NCBI RefSeq assembly: GCF_004010195.1
Contig: NW_025214660.1
Location: 1-33,587, forward strand
Reading direction: 5' to 3'
DNA: 33,587 nt
Source: Chiloscyllium plagiosum
Lineage: Eukaryota
In this document: piece by piece, positions 22,626 to 33,587 of the stretch
Numbering within the stretch: the first letter of the stretch is position 1
Layout of the letters: each line of letters opens with the position of its first letter
Notes under the pieces: generated by a model
Told to the model about the DNA's origin: nothing
Databases searched by the model: none
What the model saw: the letters and a program-made list of their open reading frames with translations, nothing else
Position numbers and translations under genes: made by a program

Positions 22626-24682
22626 GGCAATTAACATATGCAGATGGTGCAAAATGCTCTGCTTTGTTTGTGAAAAGTCTATATAATTGATTTTAGAACA
22701 TAACTTCTATCTAAACTTTCACTTTAATTTCATGAAATAAATATTGGCTGTGTGTAGTTTGATTTTGATGTTCCATATAAGTACCTGCATTTTAAATTCT
22801 GCTTGAATGGCCTAGTTAGCACCCGTTTTGTGAACTAATACATTGATATTATAGTAAAGACTTGATGAGAGAGAATCAGGTTTGAACTATTGGTTACAAC
22901 ATATTCCATATTGACCTGAGGGAAGGGAAGGCATTGAGATTCTCTGGAGTTTCCACTGCTTCCAGCCCATGCTTTAAAGTCTATCAAAAAATATCCTGAC
23001 ATTGGAGGACAAACTATTAGCTACAGCGTTCAACTTATTTTGGGTCAGTGCTCCTCCACGGGGCATCTTGTCAAGAGCTCAACCATGACATTATAGCTGT
23101 TGGCAGTGCATCATCAGTTAGTATCCTATCTCCAACTCTGTGGAGAGCACTCGCTTAATGGTTTAATTCATATTGCTGTTAATTTTGAGAAGTTAAAAAG
23201 ATGTTCTCTAAGTTTTCTTTTATATGCTTGCAATTTTCTGGCATTTCTTTATTCACATTAGGGCAAAAGTTAGGTCTTTTATCCTTTCGATTCTAGCATT
23301 TTGCTTTAGTATGTTAAGCCTGCACATTTTAAAATTGATACTTTTTAATTGCTTTCTGAATTGTGAACAAAGCTGCCAATGAAGCTACATGTTCATACTT
23401 CACATATTGAAAATGGGCATTGAACTAAAGAGGTGAGGGAGTGAAAATTGAGATAATCCTAAACGCTCTGCAAAATAAAAATGTAGCCAAAAGATTTCTG
23501 TCAATTAAACATTTAAATGACGGGTTCCATTTTCATTTCAGTTTTGTTTCCTTAATTTGAGGTTTTATTTAGTACCATGAAATGTGCATTGAACTGGACT
23601 TTGTGGTAAGCAGTGTGGTGACAATAACCACCATTGAACTTGAAGGAAGTTGCCAAGATGGAAATTCCACAAGCCAACCATTCTAAGGGTGATTTGCACC
23701 CCAAATTCTGTTTCTTTTTATTTAGATTCAGGACCCTAGTTATGGATTTGACTACTTCACTCTGTATCTTAATAAAGGATCAAATCATATTATGGTCACT
23801 GTTCCCCATGGAACCTCTGTAACAAGATTGGTAATCAGTTCTTCTGCACTGCACAGTACCCTATCTAGAAAAGCCTGAGCTCTGGTTCCTCAAAGTAATG
23901 GTCTAAAAGAAATTAGATATACATTCCAGGAAATCTTCCTCCACAGTACCATTGCTAGATTGGTTTGTCCAACTATATGTAAATTAAAGTAACCTTTGAG
24001 TAGATCAACACCTTTATTGGACACATGTCAGAGTTCTTGTTCAGTGCCTTCCCTTACATGCAACATTATGATTAGGAACCTTTCGAGGATCCTAACAACC
24101 CTTCCACCCCTTGGTATTTCTCATATCCACCTGTACAGTTTCTAAATCATGATTCTCTGAGCTAGCATAATTTCTCAGCATTGCATTGAACTTTTTTTTA
24201 CAAACTAGTTTCTTTTTTCTTCTGTTTGTCCTTCTTGAACAATGAACACCCTGATATTCTTGCAACTATATCTATGTAATCACAACTATATCATTTTTAT
24301 ATTGGTTTGCATTGCTAATGTATCTCTCAACACAAATGCAATGCAACAAGGCACAAAGCCTTTAGATTTGGCATTTTAATCTTGTTAGTTGTTTTAGCTT
24401 TATTTTTTACTGTGGCTGCATTTGCTGTCTTCTGCTTCTTACCTTTTTTTTGTCTTTTGTTTCTATCCTTGTTTCTCCCTCCTCAGTGTCCCTGCTGAGA
24501 TTCCCAATCCCTTGGCATTCTATTTAAACCTTGTCCCACTGCATAAGCAAAAACCACCACCCCCTCAGGTGGTCACTAATTCTAATACTGCCCAGGTGCA
24601 ACCCATCCTGCTTGTATCGGTTACACTTTCCCTAGAATCAATCCCATTTCCCAAAATCTGAATCCCTCCCTCCTACATCATT

Positions 24683-25270
24683 TGGTGATAATAGGCAACA
24701 ACACCTCTTCCACAACAATTTTCAACACTGGCACCGTGCAAGTCTACATACTTAGCCCGTTACTCTACTCCCTGTACACTCGTGACTGTGGACAAATTTC
24801 ATCCTAACTCTGTCTACAAGTTCGCTGCCACCATCATTGTAGGCCATATCTCAAATGATGATGAGACCAGATAATTTCTCACTCAAGATCAGCAAAAGAG
24901 CTGGTCATTGAATCCAGGAAGCAAGGTGTTGGGCACACCCCATCTCCATTGGAGATGGTCGAGAGCATAGAGTTCATAGGAGTGACGGTTAACTACTGTT
25001 TACACACATTGATACGAAAGCACAATCATGCCTACACTTCCTCAGGAGTTTAAGGAAGTTCAGCATGTCTGTAAAGACTCCTGCCAATTTTTATAGATGC
25101 ACCATCGAAATTATCCTATCCTGATGGACCACAGCTTGGTACGTCAATTGCTGTGTATCATAAGAAAGTACAGAAAGCTGTGAACGTAGCCCAGTCATGC
25201 AAGCCAATCTCCATCCATTGACTCAATCTGTACTACCTGCTGTTTTGGAAATGCATCAACATACTCACAG
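24683..25270 (+). mobile_element. Rex1/Babar LINE RT fragment
   Basis: 24694 GNNTSSTTIFNTGTVQVYILSPLLYSLYTRDC then NSVYKFA, matching Rex1 NTGAPQGCVLSPLLYSLYTHDC..KFADD. Confidence 0.8.
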
Positions 25271-25299
25271 CTCCAACCTCTCCCCCCTCCCCCACCCTT

Positions 25300-25324
25300 A
25301 CACACACACGCGCGCACACACACA
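25300..25324. repeat. Short CA/CG microsatellite
   Basis: ACACACACACGCGCGCACACACACA. Confidence 0.8.
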
Positions 25325-26585
25325 TTTATTATGTGACAGTAATAAATCAAATATCATCAAATTTCTGTACCCATTCATCTGGTATATCCTGTTATTTTGA
25401 CTCTAACCTGTAGTACTGGTTGTAATCCTAAGATTTTTTGCCTCTTGAGATATTACTTCTACCTTCCATCCTAACTCTCTATATCGTGCTTATAGGACCT
25501 CATACTTTTGTTTTATGCTTGTCATTATTTCTAATGTGTACCATGACCACCTTATGTTCACCCTCCCCCTTTATAATGCCCTGCTCTGAGACATCATTGA
25601 CCCTGGGACTTGGTAGGCAAAATACATCCTGGAGTCTGTCTCTCATCACAGGAATGCCTTTCTATTCCACACCCTCTGGTAGAGCAGGGAATGATTGGAG
25701 ATGTCTAGATTTCCATATTATAACTACATGAGAATGCCAAAGTTGCTGCTGGTTTTACAGTTGTATAATGGTGAACATTAGCAAGTAAATACAATAGCTA
25801 AATTTAAGTTATTACATTATAATTTTCTGGCTTCCTGCATCATTATCATTATGTACATATCACAAGTTATTTGAAAAGAAGCAGAAGTACTTAAATCTGC
25901 AAGGTCTTGAGGTTGATAAATAAAAGTGTCTGCTACCCTGAATTCATAGTGAGGTCTGGAGATTTAGGGGGAAGACATTTATTGACGAGGCTTTTATACA
26001 TGTCAGCATTCCTGGCTTGTCAGCTTTTTTTTTAAAAAAAGAGGCCGGCCACAGGAAAACTCTTTTGTTTTTAAACTGCAGAATAAATAGAACAAATGGT
26101 ATTGCATTATAAAGGTAATACTTTAGCTGCACGGGTGAGCATAATTAGAGTTTTGGTCCCAATTGTTTTTACTGATAATTGGGTTAAGGTTCTCAATTCT
26201 AGTCATCAGTCTCCCATGTGCCCAATCTGAGGTGGGTAGGGGAAATATTGGAAGGTATACTTTTGAGATGTCATCTAATGCAGTGCAGATTAATGATATT
26301 TCTTATGTTCATGTCCTGTGTCAAGTTTAGATGAGGATGTAATTGTTCTCTGCTGCAGTTGCCTCTGGTCAAATATTTTGCAAGCATTCTGCCTCTGTGC
26401 ATGAAAAGTAGCTAATTTGTTGAGCTTTGGAGGGAAAATGCTGTTCTACTCTCATGTGCAAGATATTGCCTTCTGGAAAGAAGGGTAATAAACTGGGGAA
26501 ATAGAAGGATTGATTAGTTGAATTGATTGCACGTTTTATGCAAGGCACATGCTGGAATGAAGTCTGTGTACATTTTCTTTTCTAG

Positions 26586-26669
26586 GAGTACTTGCTTAAT
26601 TCAGTGCAAGATGTTCCTCTGTTGTCCAAAAAACAAATTAAACAAGTTCTTACGTTGGCAAATAAATAG
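26586..26669 (+). other. Candidate terminal coding exon EYLLNSVQDVPLLSKKQIKQVLTLANK*
   Basis: Strong acceptor CATTTTCTTTTCTAG|G, 27 open codons in phase 0, AATAAA at 26661 and 26788. Confidence 0.25.
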
Positions 26670-27191
26670 TTAGCAACCAATTATACTGGCAGCTGTAAGC
26701 CATTGTAGGCATCTGTTGAACACCTTAACTTATGCTTGAATAATGAGCCAAATATTGAGAAATGCATTTTGTGGGAACATTGGGAAAAATAAAACAGTAA
26801 TTTACCTTCAGTTTTCAAAGCTGAAATTTCACTTCAGTCACAATTAAAACTTTGCATGCAATGTTGTTGCTGCAATCTTCTTGAATTGATTGAGTATTCA
26901 AAATTGCAAGTGCAGCTTTGCTGTTCAGGTAATCAATCCAAAAAGCAAAGAGAATTACTGGCCAGCAAGTCCAAATTGCACATTCAGTCAAGGCCAGTGT
27001 GGGTTTGCTCCCACTGTCCCTCTATCTCTTCCTGATTCCATTTTCCACCTACATTCATTCTCTGATTCTTGTGTATATTTTCCCTTCCGATACTTTACAA
27101 TTTTGCTACTTTGTATTTTGATTTTTCTCATTTTTGCTCAACTGGTATAAATACAGGTTATTATTTGCTTTCTTCCATTCTTTCCATCAAG

Positions 27192-27268
27192 CTTGTAAAG
27201 GAACAGCAGGGGACCAGGCTAAGCTGAAATTCATAAGTTTCCGAGGAGATTACCATCTGCAAGATTAG
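27192..27268 (+). other. Candidate terminal exon (x)CKGTAGDQAKLKFISFRGDYHLQD*
   Basis: Long pyrimidine tract 27164-27188 then AAG acceptor; 24 open codons in phase 1. Confidence 0.2.
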
Positions 27269-27964
27269 TATTTTAATAACTGGTGTTTATGGACATTGTG
27301 CATCTTGGAATGACCAGGCTTCTATTCTACTTCACCCTTCCTTCATATTCACTGTCCTTCAAAAGATAGCTGAAGAAAGAAGAAAAGATATGGAGGTAGA
27401 TCTCTAGTGACTTAAGCATATGTTCATGGATATCATATGGCTCGCAGAAGTTGCGCATGGTCACGGTGAATATAGTGCGCTGCCTTGCAGAAATCATCCA
27501 GAAATATCAATGCAGTTGGGAAGTACAAGTGGAAGATCATGAAGTAGCATGTCAATAGGTAGTTTTTGGGATGGCCTCTATTTTGCTCGAAGTTGATTCC
27601 TAGGCTTAAAAAGATTAACCAATTCATTATGTTTTAACTGAGACACTACTTATGTTTACTAAACCAACTGGGGTGTCTGTTGTCATTCCAAGTTCTATCT
27701 TACTGCCATTAACTATTTTAGTTTGACAAAAAAATCCTTTTTGGCCATTTGCCTGGATGTTCAAAGTTGTTTTTTTTATTTGTAGGCTGGAAAGTATTAT
27801 AAAACTTTGGAAACTGTATATCTGTGCTGGAAGACCTATTTCTTTTCCATTCTCACACAACCAAGTTTAACCAAATATCATCCTAAACTACAAGATTCAC
27901 TACATTTTTTATCAGTCTACTGAGACAGTGGTAACAGGAAATCTGATTGCCTATATAGACACCT

Positions 27965-28850
27965 ACAAAATAGAAACAGGACTATGCCATTCTGCCATTT
28001 ATTATGATTGCAGGTGATCATCATTCTCAGTTGGCCTGTTCCTGTTTTTGCTTCACAACCTTAGTTTCCTTTAGCCCAAGTAGTGTAGCCAACTATTACT
28101 TGAAATCATAGCATTTTGATTTTGACTAGTTTCTGTGGTAACAAATTCCATAGGCTCACCACTCTGAGTGAAGACATTTCTACTTATCTCAGTTCAAAAC
28201 GGTTCACCCTGTTTCCTTAGATTATGACCCCTGGTTGTGGACTCCCCAGCCATCGGGAATACCCCCCCCCCCCACACCCACAACTTTTACTGCACTCCCT
28301 CTAAAGCAAGAGCATTCCCTTTCTCGGACTTCTGGCATAGGTTCCCATCCACGTGACATTTGTAATTTTAAAGTCTCCCATCCACTGAAGCAAGTACACT
28401 GCTGAGACCATAGGCCCCAGTCCTGTCCAAATGTTACCTGTCCAGTTTATACTGTTCCCACCTCCCCCAGAACCAGTGCCAACTTGCCAGGAATCCGAAA
28501 CCCTCCCTCTTGCACCATGTTTTCAGACACACATCCATCTGACATAATTTGCTGTTACCACTCTGACTGGCATATGGAACTGTTGGTAATGCTTAGATCA
28601 CTACTGTGAGGTCCTACATTTCACTCCCTTCCTAACTCCCTGTATTCTGCTTTTGGGACCTCATCCCCTTTTCGTTTAAACCTGTGTCATGGCTGATATG
28701 TTTCTCAACCCCATTCTCCTTCCTTCTCCCTGTAACCCTTGATTCCTTGACTAATCAAGAACCTATGTATCTCTGTCTTAAATATGACTTAGCTTCTACA
28801 GCCTTCTGAAACCATGGGTTCCACAAATGCACCACCCTCAGACTGAATCT
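27965..28850 (-). mobile_element. Mosaic of CR1 fragments (two 3' tails and an ORF1-region piece)
   Basis: 28130-28260 is homologous to 17510-17640; 28400-28660 resembles 24540-24680 and 25380-25500. Confidence 0.7.
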
Positions 28851-28924
28851 CCAGCCATCAATTTTCTGAGGGTCACCATTACCCAAAATTGTAATGGGAC
28901 TTTATTAGCTTAACCTTAAATTAT

Positions 28925-29068
28925 AACATTTAAAAGGCATCCGGAGTATATGGATAGGAAGGTTTAGACGGATATGGGCCATCTGCTAGATTAGCTGAGG
29001 ATATCTGGGCAGCATAGACAAGTTGGACTGAAGGGTCTGCTTCCATGTGCTACATCTCAATGACTCAT
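28925..29068 (+). mobile_element. CR1 3' tail
   Basis: Reverse-complement match to 15767-15920 (TTTAAAAGGCATC..GGATATGGGCCA..TTGGACTGAAGGGTCTG). Confidence 0.75.
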
Positions 29069-29227
29069 GGGTAAGTCTTCCTGGACTGTTGATAACTAAA
29101 GGAATCTCTCACTAATACTGTGATAAAATCACTGAATTTTAGGAATCTCCACACTCGCTTATCATAGCAGTACATCAGTTGGTAATACATACCTGTAATG
29201 GTAAGCGGATGTCACTGATATCCATCA

Positions 29228-29922
29228 ATGAAGGAAATCTGCATGGTCTGGCCTACATGTGAATACAGAACCACTAGTAAGCATTCAGTTGTATCAATCA
29301 CTACGAAGTCCAAGACAAAAAAAAATGAAATTGGACTGACTACCAAGAATAGGTAGACAAGCAGGAGGCTGGAAGAAATAGCAAGCCAGGCGGCATCAGG
29401 AGGTGGAGAAGTTGACGTAACCCTTCTTCAGGACTGGGGATGGGTTACACCCAAAACGCCGACTTCTCCTCCACCTGATGCTGCCAGGCTTGCTGTGTTC
29501 TTTCAGCCTCCTGCTTGTCTACCTTTGAATTCCAGTGTCCGCAGTTTTGTTTTGTTTCTGACCATCCAAGACAAAGCAGCCCATTTCATTTTCATCATAT
29601 CCATAAGCATCCATTCCCTTACTACTGATATTCAGTAGCAGAACTGTGTCTACAAGATGGACTGCAAAAATTTGTTCAATATCCTTAGACAGCACCTTCA
29701 ACCCACAACCACTTCCTTCTATTACATAACAGGAGCAGATGCATGGGAACATCACACCTGCAAGCTTCTCTCTAAGCCACTCACTATGCTGTCATTGTTC
29801 TTTTCACCGTTGCTGGGTCAAAATCCTAGATTTCCTTCCTTTAGGGTGTTATGGGTATAGATAGACTGTAGTGGTTCAAGAGGCAACTCATTACCACCTT
29901 CTCGAGGACAACAGGTAATAAA
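29228..29922 (+). mobile_element. Second-family SINE body followed by long LINE 3' region, interrupted by a PLE palindrome
   Basis: GAAGGAAATCTGC..TGGTCTGGCCTACATGTGA matches 10588-10630; 29840-29910 is the reverse complement of 22505-22590. Confidence 0.65.
29351..29559. mobile_element. Fold-back PLE pLTR-derived mini-element
   Basis: Arms 29351-29417 and 29456-29524 are near-perfect reverse complements; TCTTCAG (CTGAAGA on -) at 29425; imperfect TSD CTGACTACCAAGA / CTGACCATCCAAGA. Confidence 0.85.
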
Positions 29923-30069
29923 TCAAATAATGGTCAGCTCATATTTAATTCCTTTCAGTTGGCGACAATGACAAAAGATTACAGAAACATATAGGAGGGA
30001 AAATTAACAGTTAACATTAGTTTGCTCCCCTTGCTATCAGAATAAATGGAAGTTATTTTGAATTATTAG

Positions 30070-30400
30070 AATTTGGTTGTTGCTGGTAAGGTAAGCTTTT
30101 CTAGCCTACCTCTAATTGCCATTGAAGAGATGACATCCATGTGATGGAGGTATATCCTTACTGCTGGAAGGAGGGGAGTTTCAGAATTTTGGCCTTATAA
30201 AGAAACAGCATTAGAGTTGCAAATTAGGATGGTGTTTGCCTTGGGAAATTGAAGGTGGCTGGTGTTACTGTGTATCTGCTCAACTTGGTGTTTTAGTAAT
30301 AGAGGTCATGGGTTTGGAGGAAGCCTTGGTGTCTTGCTACATTGCGTCCTATGGAAAGTGCACACTACTGCCACAGAATGTTGAGGATGGAGTAAGCGAA
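30070..30400 (-). mobile_element. CR1/L2-type LINE 3' fragment
   Basis: Reverse-complement similarity to 29630-29920 and direct similarity to 22460-22610. Confidence 0.55.
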
Positions 30401-30595
30401 TACTAAGATATTGTGAATGGAATATTTGGTGACGTTATACTGAATTGTATATGCTATTTCTTTCTGCAGTCTTGCATGAAACCATTCCAATAAGTTTATT
30501 CTGAACTTCCAATAAGTTTATTTAGTGAAGAAGAATGAAAAAAAAATTAGTTTGTCGGCAAGCCAATTGGATATATAGAACCTTTGTGATTTATA

Positions 30596-30805
30596 CAGGG
30601 CTGAAAATGTGTTGCTGGAAAAGCACAGCAGGTCAGGCAGCATCCAAAGAGCAGGAGAATCGATGTTTCGGGCATGAGCCCTTCTTACTCATGCCCGAAA
30701 CGTCGATTCTCCTGCTCCTTGGATGCTGCCTGACCTGCTGCACTTTTCCAGCAACACATTTTCAGCTCTGATCTCCAGCATCTGCAGTTTTCACTTTCTC
30801 CTAGA
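30596..30805. mobile_element. Fold-back PLE pLTR-derived mini-element with 12-bp TSD
   Basis: 83-bp arms 30596-30678 / 30688-30770, 9-nt loop; TGATTTATACAG duplicated at 30587-30598 and 30806-30817; arms homologous to 680-740. Confidence 0.9.
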
Positions 30806-30999
30806 TGATTTATACAGTGTCGCATTTCAACTTTGTGCCCAAAGTTAGATTAAAACAACAAATTGAACAAAAGTTGGCAATTACTTTTAAAATGAAGTTC
30901 AAGATTTTTCATTACTTTTAAAAGCATTTTCAACAATCTAAAACACAATTTACTCTGAATATTTTACTTGACAAAAAAAAATCAAGAATGAAGTGCATT

Positions 31000-31910
31000 T
31001 ATTGAGTGCCTTTATTATATTCCAATGCATTTAACATGATTTTAGTCGGAGACCAACTGGGAGAAGAGTTTAACAGAAAAGATGGTTGATGTACATTGAC
31101 AGATGTTTAAGGAAATAGTTCATGATTAACAACAAAAATATATTGCAAGAGGGAAAGGGGAATAAACCAACCATGTTTAACCAGAGAAATTAAGCATTGT
31201 ATCACATTGAAAGAAACATATACAATGTGGCAACAATTAGTCTGAAGCTAGAGAATTGCAAATGTGTAACAAAAAAGTCATCAGAAGCTGACCAGAACAA
31301 TAGTAAAGAGATTGAACGTAAACTTTGTAGGTAAACTGGCAAGCAATATTAAAAAGGATGGAGAGAGTTCCTTTAAATGTGTAAAAAGCAAGAGGGATGT
31401 CAAAGTGAACATAGGCTGTTAAGAGAATAAATGTGAGGAAATAATGGAGAGGTAGAAAGTGCCAGAGGAGTTGAATAAGTACATTGCATCACAGCCTTCA
31501 TGGTAGAAGACATTGAGCATTGCAAAAATAAATAAAATTAGAAAATCAAGGAGTAAGGGGAGGAGAAAACACAATAGAATACACAATACAAGACAACTGC
31601 GCTGGAGAAAAAGGAAACTATTGAAGCCAATGACTGATAAGACCTCTGATAGGTTGTCTCCGAGGATATTAAAGGAATTAGCTGCAGAAATGTAAATTTG
31701 TGACCAATGCAGCCACAAAGAATCTTTAAATCCTGGAAAGGTCCCAGGGCTGGGTAATTAAGCATGTTAAGGGCTGAGATTGAGAGATCATTAAAGGAAT
31801 CAAGGTTACAGGGGTAAGCAGTAGAGTTGAGTATCAAATCAGCCATGATCACATTGAATGGCCTAGTACACTGAGCTAAATGTTGTACATCTGCTCCTAC
31901 TTACTTGGTC
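31000..31910 (+). mobile_element. Degenerate CR1 ORF2 fragment with 3' tail
   Basis: ORF 31513..31695 ends DKTSDRLSPRILKELAAE (DKSPGPDGLHPRVLKE-like); tail AATCAGCCATGATCACATTGAATGG. Confidence 0.7.
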
Positions 31911-31929
31911 TCTCTCACTCCCTTCTTAA

Positions 31930-32245
31930 AAATCACAAGGGTCACAATGGAGAAGGAGGCCATTCAGCCAACAGATCTGCACCAGCTCTCCAAATGTGTA
32001 TTGTGATTTTGTGCCATTCTCCTGTCTCTTCTCCAAATTCTTGCACATTGGATGATTATCTAAGTTGATACAGTGGCCATTTGAATGCCTCAATTAAGCC
32101 TAGCCCCACCACACCTCCAGGCAGTGCAGTCCAGATCTGAAATAGTTTTTCTCGTCTCATGTTTGCTGCTTTTCCAAATCAACTTCGATCTGTGTCCCCT
32201 TTTTCTTGATCATTTTAAGAGAGGGACCAGTTTCTCTCTACTCTA
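31930..32245 (-). mobile_element. Old CR1 3' tail
   Basis: GAAGGAGGCCATTCAGCC start; homologous to 1914-2210. Confidence 0.6.
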
Positions 32246-32261
32246 TACATCCCACTTGACT

Positions 32262-32430
32262 TTAAATACTTTTAAGAGGCATTTAGTCAGACACATGAAC
32301 AGGCAGGAAACGGCGGGGATGCAAATCAAGTGCAGGCAGATGGAATTAGTTTAGAATGGCACTGTAGTTGGCACAGAAATGGTAGGTTGAAGGGCCTGTT
32401 CCTGTACAGTACTGTTCTCTGTGTTCTGTT
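32262..32430 (+). mobile_element. CR1 3' tail
   Basis: TFKRHLVRHMNRQ peptide and GAAGGGCCTGTTCCTGT..GTTCT tail. Confidence 0.75.
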
Positions 32431-32549
32431 AGATTTGTTCTTAGCCTTCACTTCAAAGCAAACATACCCAATTGCTCCAACATGACCTCATAACTGAAGC
32501 TTCTTATCCCTGGAACCATTTCATTCCTCTCTGTCTTCATATACCCAGT

Positions 32550-33090
32550 CAAACATATGTAAAAGAAAAGAAGTAAAACAATCAGCTCATTGAGTCTGCT
32601 CCTCCATTCAATAAAATCATGGCTGATTTAATTGTAACCTCATCCACATTGCTACGGACCTCTGATAACCTTTCTTCCACTTGCTTAACAAGAATCTAAC
32701 TACTTCAGCCATAAAATTTTCACTGCTTCCATCCCCTTCTCAGGAAGACTGTTGCAAAAAGACACTCAGAAAAAGAATTTAGCCTCATCTCTATTTTAAA
32801 TGAGTATCCCCTAGTTCTGGACTCTGTCAAGGGAAAGCGTCCTATCCACATGTAATTGGTCAATACACACGAGACTCTTGCAATCAAAGCACCTCTTAGT
32901 CTTCTATGTTCCTGAGGATACAAGCCCAGCCTGTTCAACCTTTTCTGATTATTAGCTGCGTATTCAGGTCTAGTAAACCACCTCTGAATTGCTTCCAACA
33001 TACCTACAGCTTTCCTTAAAGAAAATGACCAGTACTGTGTCCAGTATTTCAAATGGTCTCTAGGAATGCCTTTGTCATTTCTGTCAAACT
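32550..33090 (-). mobile_element. CR1 ORF2 C-terminus and tail
   Basis: ORF 32720..33100: HLKYWTQYWSFSLRK..LEAIQRWFTR..RLNRLGLY..RRLRGALI..ESRTRGYS. Confidence 0.85.
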
Positions 33091-33100
33091 GATACATCAA

Positions 33101-33587
33101 CTCACTCTCTCACTCACTCACTCACTCACTCACTCACTCACTCACTCACTCACTCACTCACTCACTCACTCACTCACTCACTCACTCACTCACTCACTCA
33201 CTCACTCACTCACTCACTCACTCACTCACTCACTCACTCACTCACTCACTCACTCACTCACTCACTCACTCACTCACTCACTCACTCACTCACTCACTCA
33301 CTCACTCACTCACTCACTCACTCACTCACTCACTCACTCACTCACTCACTCACTCACTCACTCACTCACTCACTCACTCACTCACTCACTCACTCACTCA
33401 CTCACTCACTCACTCACTCACTCACTCACTCACTCACTCACTCACTCACTCACTCACTCACTCACTCACTCACTCACTCACTCACTCACTCACTCACTCA
33501 CTCACTCACTCACTCACTCACTCACTCACTCACTCACTCACTCACTCACTCACTCACTCACTCACTCACTCACTCACTCACTCACTC
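33101..33587. repeat. (CTCA)n / (TGAG)n tetranucleotide array running off the window end
   Basis: Uninterrupted from 33109 to 33587 (about 120 units), with a CTCACTCT lead-in. Confidence 0.98.

Larger units (their letters stand above)
23640..25690 (-). mobile_element. Old CR1 5' half (ORF1 esterase + APE endonuclease) interrupted by Rex1
   Basis: About 25622-25518 CLPSPRVNDVSEQGIIKGEGEHKVVMVHIRNND (SGNH esterase block, HIGTND-like); about 23942 EEDFLECI (endonuclease C-terminal part). Confidence 0.75.

Noticed and set aside
23045..23117. Box C/D snoRNA on - (TGATGA ... CTGA)
   Set aside because: C box lacks the leading purine, there is no terminal stem or recognisable rRNA guide, and it is opposite to the inferred host strand.
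27433..27627. Kinase-like YIHRD in a minus-strand ORF
   Set aside because: No following LxxxN/DFG or other kinase motifs; the frame stops 8 codons later.
30485..30522. Direct repeat TTCCAATAAGTTTATT with 22-bp period
   Set aside because: Ordinary slippage duplication with no further structure.
66..33100. ORF-track ORFs as genes
   Set aside because: All are under 140 aa. The protein-like ones are CR1/L2/PLE remnants, and the rest are antisense to repeats or random.
33101..33587. Telomere or CRISPR array
   Set aside because: The unit is CTCA, not vertebrate TTAGGG/CCCTAA; there are no spacers and the context is eukaryotic.

Overview
AT-rich vertebrate genomic DNA, almost certainly from a cartilaginous fish (shark/ray), inferred from HE1-type V-SINEs and abundant CR1 and Penelope-like (PLE) relics. 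No intact protein-coding gene is visible. Roughly half the window is decayed retroelements: CR1, L2, RTE, Rex1/Babar, PLE and two tRNA-SINE families. It ends in about 480 bp of perfect (CTCA)n. The window looks like the interior of a large intron of a + strand gene that I cannot name. Highlights: (1) a PLE cluster at 1-753 with two minimal hammerhead-ribozyme motifs and two facing inverted arms carrying dense + strand A>G changes, a fossil ADAR hyper-editing signature; (2) several fold-back PLE mini-elements whose inversion points all lie at the hammerhead core; (3) short, stop-containing candidate exons on +, two of which (15261-15318 and 19717-19773) share phase, size, stop position and weak peptide similarity; (4) a local inverted template-switch or conversion between neighbouring CR1 copies, plus several hairpins. 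Repeat family calls come from recognising translated motifs by eye, and the boundaries of old repeats are approximate.
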